Source: Phaeosaccion multiseriatum
Lineage: Eukaryota; Protista; Ochrophyta, other classes
NCBI GenBank assembly: GCA_965112735.1
Contig: OZ218952.1
Location: forward strand, 1,674,001-1,738,000
Reading direction: 5' to 3'
Length of the DNA: 64,000 nucleotides
This document shows positions 1 to 12,933 of the stretch, piece after piece (within the stretch, counting starts at the first letter, position 1; each line of letters begins with the position of its first letter). The notes under the pieces were generated by a model. That model worked only from the letters and a program-made list of their open reading frames with translations. It had not been told where the DNA came from and ran no database searches. Made by a program: the position numbers and the translations under genes.

Positions 1-1605
1 AAAGGCCGAGTCGTTGGCGGGCATGGAGGGGGTGCAGGGGGTCTGGGAGGAGGCGTGGGGGCAGGAGGGGGCTTGGGGCTCTGGGGGAGTGGGCGAAGGT
101 CCGGGCGAGGAGAAAGAGGAGGTGGGGGGGTGGGTGCGGGTATGGGCGCCTGGAATCCGGCAGTGGCCTTGGAAGAATGGACCGCCAGCGAGGACAATGC
201 CATCCTTCGGGCGGTGGATTGCTTCGGGCAGAACTGGACGCTGGTGGCCTTTGTGGTCAACTTCAAGCCTGCCGTGTCGGGTAGGCTGAGGTCTTCTGCC
301 CACGTCAAGGACCGCCACGCTAAGCTTCAGCATGCAGGGGTGCCCCGGGCAGACCCCTCTGCCTCGGGCCTCCGCCCCATCGAGCTGGGGTGGATTATGG
401 ACGATGTGGGCAAGGGGGAGGTCCTCGCGGCGACCGGTCCGGGGGCGTCCCGTGTCGCTTCAGCGCCCGGTGCGGGGGCGTGTTTGTCCGCCGCTCAGTT
501 GGCAGGGAGCAACCTTCTGCTCTCTTCGCAGCAACGACGGCAGCAGCAGCAGCAGGGAGCCCCTCAGGCGGTAGCCCAAGCCCAAGCAGCAACAGCAGCA
601 GCAGAAGTGGCAGCGGGAGCAGCAGCAGCAGCAGTAGCAGCAACAGCAGCAGCAGCAGCAGCAGCAACGGCGGCGGAACCGAGCGGGACTCTACCCTGGG
701 CCATGCCCGACCAGCGCGCTACCAAGAGCAAGATGTTCAAGACATTGCTCAGAGCAATGGACAGGAAGCCCACCCCGCCCGGCATCCCAGGGTGCGACGA
801 TCCGAATGTGCACATTGCCAAGGCGCATCCCAGTCACGAGAAGGCCGCTTTAGATGTGGGTGCCACAAGTGCGCTTGCTCCCACGCAGGTGATCGATGGG
901 TACCGCCGCTCTCAGCAGCAGCTGCAGCAAGCGGGGAGTTTGCCGCAGCAAGGGAATGGAGGAGGAGGAGGAGGAGGAGGAGGAGGAGGAGCAGGAGGAA
1001 GTGGGGGAGCAGCAGCAGGAGGAGGAGGAGGAGGGGGAGGGGGGGGGGGCAGCCGGAAGTCTGGCAGCTCCAAGCAAAGCACTAAGAGCGGTAGCGGCAA
1101 GACAACAGGAGTAGCAGCAAGCGTAGCAGCAGGCGTTGCCCCCACAGCCGCTGCCCAGAACAGGAGCGGCGCGAATATGAAGCTCGCCCCTCAGCAGGGT
1201 ACCGCAGTGGGCGCTGCCGGGGCAGGGGCCGTAGGAGCCGCTCCTGCTGCAGTTGGTGCTACGCAAGGGGTGGGGGCGGCGCCCAACACCTTGAGCCGAG
1301 GGGCAGGGCCGGCGGTTCTGCCCGCTGCGAATGTCGCAATGAAGGGGAGAGGCAAGCAGCCGGGCCTCACCGCGGGTTTGGGTGTGGCGGGTGGAGTACC
1401 TCAGCAGCAGCAGCAACAGGTACAGCAGGTGGTACAGCAGCAGCAGCAGGTGGTACAGCAGCAGCAGGTACAGCAGCAGCAGGTACAGCAGCAGCAGGTA
1501 CAGCAGGTACAGCAGCAGCAACAGCAGCAACTCCAGCAGCAGCAGCAGCAGCTCCAGCAGCAGCAGGCGCAGCAGCAGCAGGCGCAGCAGCAGCAGCAAT
1601 TGTTT

Positions 1606-1644
<39 letters not shown>

Positions 1645-1890
1645 CAACAGCAGCAGCAGCAGCAGCAGCAGTTTCAGCAGCAGCAGCAGCTCCAGCAGCA
1701 GCAGCAGCAGCAGCTCCAGCAACAACAACAACAGCAGCAGCAGCAGCAGCAGCAGGTGCAGCAAAACCACGTCGCCCCAGCGCCAGCCGCAGCCGCAGCC
1801 CCAGCGGTAGTCGCCCCACCCGCCGGTGCTGCTCCAGCCATGGCTCTACCCTTAGCTGGGTCCCTCCCGCCCTCGGGGCCCAACCCGTAG
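1..1890 (+). CDS. EAF1: EAF1-like chromatin modification protein (NuA4 scaffold), C-terminal part with SANT/Myb domain and poly-Q tail; 5' end lies outside the window
   Basis: Open frame from base 1 to TAG at 1888-1890. SANT-like 'EWTASEDNAILRAVDCFGQNWTLVAFVVN..GRLRSSAHVKDRH' followed by 'AHPSH', which I recognise from EAF1/EP400-type proteins, then a long Gln-rich tail. Confidence 0.7.
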
Positions 1891-2554
1891 GGGCATAGGG
1901 GGAGAGAGGGAGGGAGGCAGGCGGCTGGCAGACACACACATCGGGGACGGATGGACTTGAGGTGAATGAGGGGTTATATATTGATCAAAATTTATAAGCC
2001 CTTTACCAAACGAACTTAATGTAAAGCTAAACAATTTCCACTCTATTGTGTTTATGTGTATCCGACGTAAAAAAAAAGCGCTCCTCTCCTCCTCTCCTCT
2101 TCTGAGAATGTTTTGAAAAGTCTCTTTTTGTCTCTTGTCAGTCAGAGCAGGGGCTCCTTCAGCCCAGCAGACCCCCCCCCCAAACGCCTCACTGACTGAC
2201 TGACTGACTGACTGACTGACTGACGGCTGGCTGATCGTCGGAGTAGTTTCGAGGTCGCGCTCAAATGTAGAGAAGCAGCAGACCTCCACGCCTGGACTTT
2301 AAACCCGCGAACCAAGACGAGTTCACAAACAAAATTTGAAGAGCCCGATACAAATACATCAATTCTCAATGGTGAAACCCTTTCTGGCTCGCACTTTGTC
2401 TCATTGTACTTTCATGTGGACGTTGGTGACGTTGGTGAAAGTGATTGTGCCTGACTTGGGAGAGTTCCCAGGGGTGGGGGTCTGCTTGCTCTTTGACTCA
2501 CTGACTGACTGACTGACTGACTGACTGACCGACTGACAGTTTCAGCCCACCTCC

Positions 2555-5500
2555 CTAACCCTCCCTTCCCCCCCTACCCGCGGCAGTGGCAGCGGCGGTA
2601 GCAGCAGAGGCAATGTTGGCCTCTCTCTGCTCCCCTGCCGCCATGACGTTGTGGTGGAACTGAGCGAGAAGGGCGCCAATCTCTCTAAACTCCTCCGCTG
2701 ACAGAAGCCCTTCAAGTAGGGAGCGGAACTCAGAGGCGAGGTCAATCACCTTACGCTGGACGGGGTTGAATAAGATACTCTGTGTTGTCTGTGGTGTTCA
2801 TGTAAGTATGTATGTATGTAGGAAGAAGGTGGGTAGGTAGGTAGGTAGGTAGGTGGGTAGGAAGAAGGTGGGTAGGTAGGTAGAGCGGTAGGTAGGTAGG
2901 CAGGAAAGTGGGTAGGTAGTTCGGTAGGTAGGTAGGTAGGAAGGAGGGTAGGTACGTAGGTAGGCAGGTAGGTAGGAAGGTGGGTGGGTGGGTAGGTAGG
3001 TAGATAAGTAGGTAGGAAGGAGGAAGGAACGGTAGGTAGGTAGTAGGTAGGTAGTAAGTAAGTAGGTAGGAAGGAGGAAGGAACGAGCAGGTAGGTAGGT
3101 AGGTAGGTAGGTAGGTGAGTAGGTAGGAAGGAGGAAGGAACGGTAGGTAGGTAGGTAGGTAGGTAGGTAGGTATAGGTAGATGGGTAGGAAGATAGGTGC
3201 GTAGGTAGTGTGTATGTATTACACAAGGGGTGGGTAGGTGAGGCCAAGGGACAACAAAATGATGTAGGGGAAGGAGAGGAGGGGGGGTGAGCAGTGTAAT
3301 CACTTCATCAATCGTTTGCATCGTCACGGAGAAGGGAGGTACAAGAGATGCCACAGACACAACGCACCTACTATGCCTGCCTGTCCATACGCCTGCCCGC
3401 CTCACGCACTCACTCACTCACCTCGCTCTCCAGATAGAGTGCCATGGCCCCAATGACGAGAGGCAGAGAGGTGGCACTGGTCTCCACCGCCGCCACCACC
3501 GTCTCCCGCACTCTGTCGGGCTTGGCAAAGGCCTGAGAGCTCAGCAACGACAGGTCTGCGGGTTGTTGCGATCCTCCTCCTCCTCCTCCTCCTCCTCCTC
3601 CTCCTCCTCCTCCTCCTCCGCCCTGACCTCCTTCTGTCTCCGTCTCCTCCGCCGTGCCCGTAGAAGCAGGAGGAGGCGTGGTGAAGGCTCGGGCCTTGAC
3701 GAGGAAGGAGGACAGCGGTGCGGCAGCGGCATCGACGGCCCTCGCGATGAAGAGGGAGCAGGATGACTTGAGGGCGTCCTCCATCTCGCGCTTGGCATCC
3801 ACACTCTCCTGTCATAGGGGGAGGAAAGGGGGAGGGAAAGGTATACAAGATAGATAAAGGGGGAGGAAAAGGGGGGGGGGGGGGGGACACAAAAGGAGGA
3901 GAGGACAACGAAAGGAGGCAGAGGCACGAAAACGAGACGAAAGAAAGGAGGCACGCACGAAAGCGAGACGAAAGTAGGGGGGGTTGAGTGAGCAATTAGG
4001 TTACATCAGCCCCGCTCCCTCGCTCTTCCTCATTCCACCCCTCCATCTGAGCAAGAGGGGGAACGTAATGAATCCCCTCAGGCGTGGGTATTCAAGCTGA
4101 ACCTGAAACCGAGTGCGTCTCTCTCTCTCTCACCTCATCCACGGTGGGGAGTGATCCCGTCGCTGCCTGCACAAAGGCGTTGGTTCTGAGGGGCGAGGAA
4201 GAAGGAGAGGGGGTTGGCACGGGAGAGCACCGAGAGGGGGGGGTAGGAGTGCTCAAGGAAGGGGAGAGGGGGGAGAGGGGGGGAGGGGGGTGGGGTAGCC
4301 TTGTGCGCCCTCTGTCAATTAAATGGGCCAGCCCAATCCAACACTCTACACTAATGGACTAGTACAGTCATATCGACCAGTCCAGATACAGAGACACAGA
4401 CACACACCACCAACACTCCCACACACACACCCAGGCACACACACGCACACATATACATATATATACATACATTCCCACGTACACTACCGACATACGCACG
4501 TGCGTCTCTGTATGTCTCGTCTCTGAGTCCGTTACTCTCATACTCTGTGACTCCCTTACCTGTCCATCCTCAAGAGCCGCGAAGTGGAGTGAGTGAATGT
4601 TCGCAACGCCTCCTTGGTTGGTGTAAAGTTTAGCTTCCGGCGCTGATGGATGAACTGAATGTCAAAGGGGGTGAGCTGCTCCCTTAGTGTCAGCAAGTGC
4701 CGGATGAGAAAGAGATGGCTGTGGAGTGCCCCGTCTCCCCCAGCATTGGATGTGCGGAGCTGCTCTGCGGCGGCTTTCAGGGCGGTGGTGCAGGCTGAGA
4801 CGGCGCTGTGAGCAATGTCCTCGAATACGCCCATGTCAACCGTGTGGTATATCTGTGAGTCGGAGGGGGGGACGGGGGGTGGGAGGTAGAGTGCGAGAAA
4901 ATGAAAGCAGCGGGAGAGGGAGAGGGAGCGGGGGAAGACAGAAAGACGAAGACGCGACGCGGTGAAGGGGAGGGGGGAGGTAAGGTGAGGTAAGGTGAGG
5001 GGAAGAGAGACAAGGGGAAGGAGGGAAGAACGAAGTCAAGAGCGGCGTGCATATATACTCCCTCCCTCCCTCCCTCCCTCCCTCTGCCCGCCCTGCCCTA
5101 CTCCCTCCCTCCCTCTCTCCCTCCTTGGCACTGCCCTGGGGGACTGATCGGCATTGTGGAGTCCTGGCATCTTCTCCAACAACAACAAAACCCGGCTCCG
5201 ATCCCATCCCATGCCTCCCCTTCCCACTGTGCTATATTACCAACTGCTGCTGCTGCTGCTGCTGCTGCTCCCCAACTCTCTCTCTCTGCTCTGCTTCTGC
5301 CCTCTCTCCCTCCACTCACCTTGCTCAGCACCAGGAGTGTGGCCCTCAACGGTGGATACCACGAGTCGTATGCCATCACCCCACCCCCTCCACCACCACC
5401 TTCACCCTCTCCTTCCCCTCCTTCCCTCGCACTCCTCACCCCCTCTCCCTCCGCCTCCCTCAAGGCCATCGCCTCCATGCTGGCTCTTCTAAAGTTGAGG

Positions 5501-7956
5501 AGAATGTCGGGGAAATTGATGTGGTGCGACTGTGGTTGAAAGCGTTCAACGTCGTCTCTGACAGTGCGTTGGGCCGTGTGAATGAGTCTCTCCTGCGCGT
5601 CTTGCACAAGACGCATGAGGACGGTTTCAATGGCGATGAGGAGGGTACCGTCCTCGTCTCTCTGTGGATGTGGGATTGAGAAACAAGAGAGGAGGGAGGG
5701 AGGGAGGGAGGGAGGGAGGGAGGGAGGGAGGGATGGAGGAGTGGAAGGGGAGGGAGAGAGAGAAATAGCGAGAGAAGAGTGGAGAGATGAGCGAGAGTGA
5801 GGAGGAGAAGGGACCGGAACCCTTTGTTCAGCGGCAAGGGGGCCTTCCCTTGCCCTCTTTACTCCTTCCTCGCTGCTCTCCCTCTCCCCCTTCGTCCCCT
5901 CCCTTCTCTCACCCCCCCTTCCTTCCTTCCCTCTCTCCCTCACCTTCATCTGGCTCGGCCCGTGCCGACCCCTGTGCTCTTCTACAATCTCCTCCCTAAT
6001 CACTGCCACAACCTCACACAGCTCGTCCAAGGAGGTGGCATGCAGCACCCGGGGGCGAAGGTGGTGATACAGCTCATCACAGATGGACAAGAGCATCTCG
6101 TATAGGCCGTTGTTCTCACTGCTACTGGCGCTCACCAGGGACAGGCTACTCGCACTCCGCTTCGCCACAAGCTGCTGCTGCTGCTGCTCTCCGTTCTCAC
6201 CACCATCACCATCCTCACTGCTGCCACTGTCGCTGCTTCCTCCTCCCCTCATGCACAGATCATACAGCTGAGCTTCCAACTGCCCCAGGCGAATGAGATA
6301 AGCACTACCGAAGCGCACCATGGAGACGGTGTCCCTCTCGTGCCCGATGGCCGAGGAGAGCTTGGCCTTGACGGCCGGTTTGAGCAGCTGCAGCCGCTTC
6401 TCCATGTAGCTTTGTTGGCAGTCCGCGAGGAGGTTCAGCAGGGGCTGCGAGTCTGCGTGCTGACGAATGAGATGTACATTTTCCTGTTGGTCGGTCGAGA
6501 GGGTGGGGGGGGGGGACAGATGGGTAAGTTTTCAGCGGAGCGCCATTAGAAATAAGAGCGGGGGGTCGCGCGCAGCGAGCACGACGAATGGAAAGGAAAA
6601 GAGAGGAAAGAACTTCACCCCTCTTCCACCCCCTCTTTTCACCCACCTGTACCCGCCCGGCAACGCCTCTAAACTTGGTGTACACAGGGCTTGTTTCCAG
6701 CAGCTGCTGCACCGCTCGAACCCTCCCCCCTCCTCCTCCTCCTCCGCCGCCGCCGCCGCCGCTACCCACTACCTCTGCCGCGATGGCCACATCTTCGGTC
6801 TGCTGCGAGAGCTTGCGCTGGCGCTGTGAATCCTTGTCCAGGGCTACAACGCGCTTGGTTACGTCCTCGAGCTGCTCCACCACAGCGTTCTTGACCAAGG
6901 CCAGAGCGCGAAACTTGAGCTGCTCGAAGCGGGCAAGGTACAGCCCGCTGTCACGGTACTCCGGGTGCTGTGGGTGTGTGCCGGGTGCCGGTAGGGTGGG
7001 GAGGAGGAGGAGTGAGTGGTGCAACGGCAAAACGGGGGAATGCTATGAAGTCTTTCTCATGTATTTGTTTCCCAAGACAACTCTCCCTCTCCCTCCTACT
7101 CGTGTTGGCCCCCACTCACCTCCTCCATAAAGCTGATGCTTTGGTCTATCCTCTGCAACGCTTCGGCAAACGCCTCGCTGCCCGGGTGGAGCTTCGTAAT
7201 ACGCACCAGCGATGAGGTGATGGCTGTCTTGCGGTGTTCGACAACCATCTCCCCCCCTCCCGACGACACACCAGCAAGGGCTGCTACAGCGTCCGTAGAC
7301 TCCTTCCTTGCATTGGCCGCCGCCGTCGCCGCCGCCGCTGCCACTGCGGTGGGTCCCAGCGGCATGCCCATCTGGGGCCCAATCTCCTCTAAAGCGTTGA
7401 AGTGCACCAGCGGGGACGCCAGACGCTGCGCTCGCAAGGCCAGGCTGGTTTGATCCTCCAGCAGCTTCTCGCACGTGCTGTGCAGGCCCTTGGTCTGAGC
7501 GGAGACAGCCCTTTGGTCCTCCCCAATGGTGGACAGCGCGCCAGCGATGCTCTTGAGCTTCCCGCTGAACTGCGCACAGACCTCCGCCGCCGCGGCGAGA
7601 CTCTGAAGCTGCAGGTCGGCCTCCCCAGACAAGGCATCTCTGTCGAAGAAGTCGCTATCCAGATACTTTTCGTATAGGCTGCCGATACCCGTCACAGTCG
7701 CTTGCGAGGACGCACCCCCGCCTTCCTTGCTGCCACCATCCGCCGCAGCGCTGCTCGTGCTTGTTTGTCGGTCGCTTCGGGCCTCGACACTCACTGTGCG
7801 CCACCCTCCGGCGGCCCCAGCAGCAGCAGCAGTTGCGGCTGCTGTGGACGCCGCCGAAGAAAAGCCCTCGATCGTCTTCCCCCCGCACAAGTCCTTGAGC
7901 CTGTCCAGTCGGCTCAGTTGCGACTCCGTCGTGGGGGCGTAAGCTTCCCACGACAT
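2555..7956 (-). CDS. COG3: Conserved oligomeric Golgi complex subunit 3 (Sec34), 8 exons, about 1001 aa
   Basis: Exons 7956-7120, 6967-6647, 6483-5944, 5661-5320, 4852-4560, 4185-4134, 3808-3422, 2788-2555, all GT..AG and phase-consistent (3006 nt). Motifs 'LHSTCEKLLEDQ', 'HPEYRDSGLYLARFEQ', 'QDAQERLI', 'WYPPLRATLLVLSKIY', 'LFLIRHLLTLREQLTPF', 'TQSILFNPV' match COG3. Confidence 0.93.
2805..3240. repeat. Degenerate (TAGG/ACCT)n microsatellite in the last COG3 intron
   Basis: Visible ggtaggtaggtagg arrays; boundaries approximate. Confidence 0.9.
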
Positions 7957-8067
7957 GATTACTTATTTCTCTCTCTCTCTCTCTCTCTCGGGACGTGCTA
8001 GCCTTGACCCATGCAATCCCAAAGTATTATGCTACAGGAGAGAGAGAGAGAAAAAAACAAACAACAT

Positions 8068-9317
8068 ATGAGAGTTGCACGGGGACTGTCGCTGGCTGCC
8101 GCCGTGACGGGCGCCTGCGCGTTCGTGCCCAGTCCTCGCGTTCCTGCCCCTCCTGCTTCTGCTGCTGCTTCCCTGTCCCGCTTCGGGGCGACTGCATCAT
8201 CATTTGTCGGAGGAGTACGTGCAAGGCCTGCTACAACATGCTTGCAGTGCTCTTCGAGAAGCAGCACCAGCAGCAGCAGCAGCAGCAGCCTCCTACGAAG
8301 GGATCGACGGCAGGACCGACGAGTCACTCACCCACTGTGTGCAAGAAAGAACCGAAGCGAGGCAGCAAAGGTGGTAGCGATGGCGGCCCAGGACGGCAGC
8401 AGCAGCAGCAGCAGCAGTGAAGACAGTCCTAACGGTCTACAAAAAGTGCCTTGGAGCGCGGGTCTCCGCAAGACTCTGGGCGCGCTGGCAGGGATCGGGG
8501 CCTTGGAGACGGGCTTCCTCAGCTATCAAAAGCTCGCCAACCCGGAGGGGCTGTCGGGGCTGTGTGGTGTGGGCGGAGGCTGCAGCAACGTGCTAAATGG
8601 ACCCTACTCCAACATTCTGGGCATACCACTCACGCTGCCCGCCGTGCTGGCCTATGGTGCCGTGGCTCTTCTGGCAGTGGTGCCGCTATTTACGTCTCCG
8701 TCTGAGGCCGGCAACGAGGTGCAGGGCGCGGTGGAGGAAGGTGTCGACTCTTGGACTCGGTCAGCAATCCTGGTGAGTCGGCTATGGAGGGGCGACGATG
8801 TTGATGGGGAGAGTGTGCGGTGTGAGACAGGGGTGCCGAGTTCCAAGTGTTTTTGTGGCAGATTTCGATCGAGCACCGAAGACGAGGGTGCCGGTGTCTG
8901 CCCATGGGAAGGCGAGGAGGAGGAGGAGGAGGAGGAGAAGGAAAAGGGAACGTGTGACGATGATGTTGTCTCTTTCCCTGTATGTATGCGTATTGACGTG
9001 CTCTCTACTGCTCTCCCTCTCTCCCTCTCTTCTCTCTCCCTCCCTGTGCTCCGCTCTCTCCTCCCTCCCTCCCTCCCTCTCTCTCTCCCTCCCCTTGCTC
9101 CGCTCCCTCCCTCCCTCCCTCCCCCCCTCCTCCCTCTAACCTACTCCCTACCAGATGCTGTCCACGGCCATGGCGGTCTTCTCCTCGTACCTCATGTTGC
9201 TGCTGGCGGTCAAGCTACACGAGTTCTGCCCTTGGTGTGTCACCAGCGCCGCGCTGTCCTACTCGTAAGTCAGCAAAACACTCACAGCACAAACAACACT
9301 CACAACACATTTGCAGT

Positions 9318-9356
<39 letters not shown>

Positions 9357-10154
9357 GTGTGTCGGTCAAAGTCAATAACAAGACTATTGGTGTTGGTGTT
9401 GGGCGCAGGGCAAGGGGAGCAGGAGACGAGGAAGCGATGGGTCTTAGGTTGAATGTTGGGTGTTTGGGTGTTGGGCTTTGAGGCGGGCGTGACAGACGAT
9501 GAATAGTGTTCCCCCCTTCTGAGGGACCCCGTCGAGTAAATGCATGAAGACAAGATTGTTCAGCCCCTCCTTACCAAGTGAGAGCATCCCCCACACAGCC
9601 TCGCAAACTCTATGCCGTGTCTCTCCTCTGCCAGAAGTGTGCATCCCTCCCCATTTTGACCCACCGACCCCCTCCCTGCCTCCCTCCTCCCTCCCTCCCC
9701 TAGCCTTGCTGCCATTTCCTGGTCGAAGCAGGCGGTGCCGGGCAAGACGCAGGCCGCTGTAATGGGACTGTGCACCACGCTCATCACTGCGATGAGCGCC
9801 TTTGCCATCTTCTTCATCACCGAAGTCACCATGGACATACAATCGGTACGCACAATGGCAACGGTGCTGGTGGGGATGGTGATGGAATGGCAGCAATTGG
9901 TAGTGGTGGATAGTTGCGGTGGGTAATGGTGGTGGATAGTGGTGGTGGTGGTGGTGGTGGATAGTGGTGGTGGTGGTGAATAGTGGTGGTGGTGGTGGCT
10001 GTCGTGGTGGGGATTATGGGGTAGGGATCTGAGTGTGTGTTTTTGTCACTGCCCCTCCTTTTGTACTTTGTTCTACCTTTTGCGGGTGGCATACGCTCTG
10101 CTCATTCCTCTTCCTCCTCTTCCTTCGGACGATGCATCGATATCGATGGATCGC

Positions 10155-10202
<48 letters not shown>

Positions 10203-10796
10203 CTGGAGCAACTCTCGGCCCCGGGGGAGGGGTGACGTCAGGGACGGAGCTAGTGATGGCACCAGAGGTGACCACAAACAGCAGCAAGCAGGCCATACGG
10301 CTGGCCAAGCACCTAGACAAGGTAGGGGCCAGAGTGTACGGGCACACTCACTCACACTCATTCATTCCCTCACTTATTCGCTCACTCACTCTTTCACTCA
10401 CCCACCCCCCCCCCCTCTCTCACTCACTCACTCACTCACTCACTCGCCCACTCACACACTCACCCCCTCACCCACCCACTCCCTCACTTCACTCACTCAC
10501 CTCACCTCACCTCGCGAAGCTTGGGGCCAGGATGTACGGAGCATACTGGTGCAGCCACTGCTATGATCAGAAGATGGCCTTTGGCAAGCAGGCGTACTCC
10601 AAATACATTGACTATGTGGAGTGCAGCAAGCAAGGCTTCAACAGTAGGGTGCCGCTGTGCAGGGAGGCCAAGGTAGAGTGGAAGAGCGGGTGGAAGTCGG
10701 AGTGGGAGTGGGAGTGGAGGGGAGGGGGTTGGGGAATGGGAGTGGAGATATCGCTTGGCCTTTTGTTACCCCTTCCTTTCTTGGGGTTATTGTTGC

Positions 10797-10828
<32 letters not shown>

Positions 10829-11116
10829 AGTGAGTGAGTAGTGGCGCACTGGGGAAAGTACTCAACAAACGATTGGTAGCCACTCCTCCCCTCTTCCATA
10901 TCTCCCTCCCGTCAGCGCACTGTACCACCCCCTCCTTCATCTCTCAGCCCTCCCCCCCCCCCCCCCACACACACACACACCCGTCCGTGTGCCGTCCTGC
11001 GTGTCTGTCAGGTGCCCGGCTACCCCACATGGGAGATCAACGGCGCACTGTACCCGGGCGAGAAGGACCTTGGCGAGCTCGAGGAGATCTCAGGGCTCTC
11101 GCCGTACAAGCCGTAG
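8068..11116 (+). CDS. LTO1: Thylakoid lumen thiol oxidoreductase LTO1 (VKOR + thioredoxin-like fusion), plastid-targeted, 6 exons, about 444 aa
   Basis: Exons 8068-8772, 9155-9264, 9704-9845, 10202-10321, 10520-10672, 11012-11116 (1335 nt). VKOR motifs 'LC..GGGCSNVLNGPYS' and 'FCPWC'; Trx-like 'MYGAYWCSHC..YVECS..VPGYPTWEING'. N-terminal signal 'MRVARGLSLAAAVTGACA-FVP' followed by a Ser/Arg-rich transit peptide. Confidence 0.92.
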
Positions 11117-11345
11117 GCAGGAAGAGGGATAGCCATCACAAGCTGTAGGCAGGAAGAGGGATAGCCATCACAAGCTGTAGGCAGGAAGAGGGATAGCCAT
11201 AGCCATCACAAGCTGTAGGCAGGAAGAGGGATAGCCATCACAAGCTGTAGGCAGGAAGAGGGATAGCCATAGCCATCACAAGCTGTAGGCGTCACAAGCC
11301 GTAGGCAGGAAGAGGGATAGCCATAGCCATCACGAGCTGTAGGCG
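11106..11345 (+). repeat. 32/38-bp tandem repeat (ACAAGCTGTAGGCAGGAAGAGGGATAGCCATC), about 7 copies, starting over the LTO1 stop codon
   Basis: Direct reading; the first unit contains the last codons and TAG of LTO1; no unique spacers. Confidence 0.9.
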
Positions 11346-11427
11346 TCACAGGCCGGCAGTAGGAATCACCGGCCGTAGGCAAAGGGCCGTAGGCACCTAA
11401 TGACTGAGTCTCTTGGTTCTAATGTGT

Positions 11428-11458
<31 letters not shown>

Positions 11459-12933
11459 CGTCTTGGGGGCTGTGCAGAGCAGGACGCGGGGGGGTGGCGG
11501 CGATTCGGTTACGGTGGCACGCGCTCTTGCTGACGAAAGAGAAAGAAGAGCCCCCAAAGTACCCAATAGTGTACTCGTCCAGATAAGAGAGATTTAAGAT
11601 TGTTAGAATTGTAAATGTAGAAAAAAAGGAAAGAATGGAGAGGGAAATCTTACACTCCAACTCAAACTCAAACCAGCGTATCGTATGTGTGCGAGTAAGT
11701 CCGACAGATTAACCCAAGTGATGAGGAGCAGGTGCAGCCATGTGCCTCAGGTTGAGCAAAACACAGCAACACAATGGAGCGTCCGACAGGCAACAGCGCC
11801 CCTGCTTGCCCATTGCCCTCCCCTCCTCACGACCCCCACACAACCCGCCCGTCCGTCCGTCCGTCCGTCCATCCGTCCGCACGATGACTCACTCGCTCTG
11901 TGTGGCGGCGTCTGGGTGTGTAGGTCATCAGCAGATGGTGGCAGATGGTGGGATAAGGGTCACATCCAAGCAAGATGGGTGCTGAACACCCCTCCCCCCC
12001 TATTCTGTGGTCTCCTCCATCCACAACAAAGCGGCCAAGGAGGCGACCCTCCCACCCCTTTCTATCGGCTGCTGCTGCTGCTGTATCACCAACTGGTGCT
12101 GCTGTATCACCAACTGGTGCTGCTGTATCACACGACATGTGCGCAGCCTCTGTCTGGTCTTGAGATGAGTCCGTCTACAGCAGGAGAAGTGAAAGGGATG
12201 TCGTAGTGCCGCTAACTCACACACACACCTCTCGGCCTCTCGGGCCTACAAGATGGGGGCGCCCTCCTGATTGATGCCCACCCACCCACCTACCCCACCC
12301 GCGCAGCCTTGAAAATAGACTGTCTACGAACGGCATGGAAGCTGAAGAGAGCGATTCACGCGCATCTCGCTCAGAGAAATAACGTGCCCTCATGATGTAA
12401 CGCCTCCTCCAGAGAGGCATGAGACCTTCTCCATCACCAGTGCAGGACCCACTCTCACGCAAGCTGAAAAAGCTCACGCCTCTTGCCACGTCACGTAACC
12501 TTGGCCGCATCAAGAGCGACCGCGTGGGTGGTGGGTTGGTTTTGCTGCGGCATACAATCCTGCCGGTTACAATCCCCACTCACTGGCAGAGCGTCGCGCC
12601 GTAGTCGGACTGGCGCCTCAAAAGGGAGACGCTCAAGGGTCAGGGGTCAGGGCCAGTGTGGCGGTTGGTTGTACGGCCAGTGCAGCGGTTGGTTGTACGA
12701 CACCCGACCCCCCTGGATCTCACACGGTACATTTCTCGCTCTGCCACCGCCACCGCTGCTGCCACTGCTTCTTGTTCGAAATATGCGACACATCGCGTCT
12801 CTCCTTTTCTCCACGAACGACCCCTTTCGACACAAGAATCCAGTCTCCTCCTCGCGTTGTCAGCTCAGGTCCCGCCCTTTCATGAACTTCTTCACCACCA
12901 CCATCATCATCATCAACAACATCATCATCATCG

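Noticed and set aside
6058-6073. GTGGTGATACAGC as another copy of the 9-nt motif
   Set aside because: It encodes 'ELYHHLRP' in a conserved part of COG3 and has no CAG tract; likely coincidence.
11350-12900. Assorted ORFs between LTO1 and the methyltransferase
   Set aside because: No recognisable motifs or consistent splice structure.
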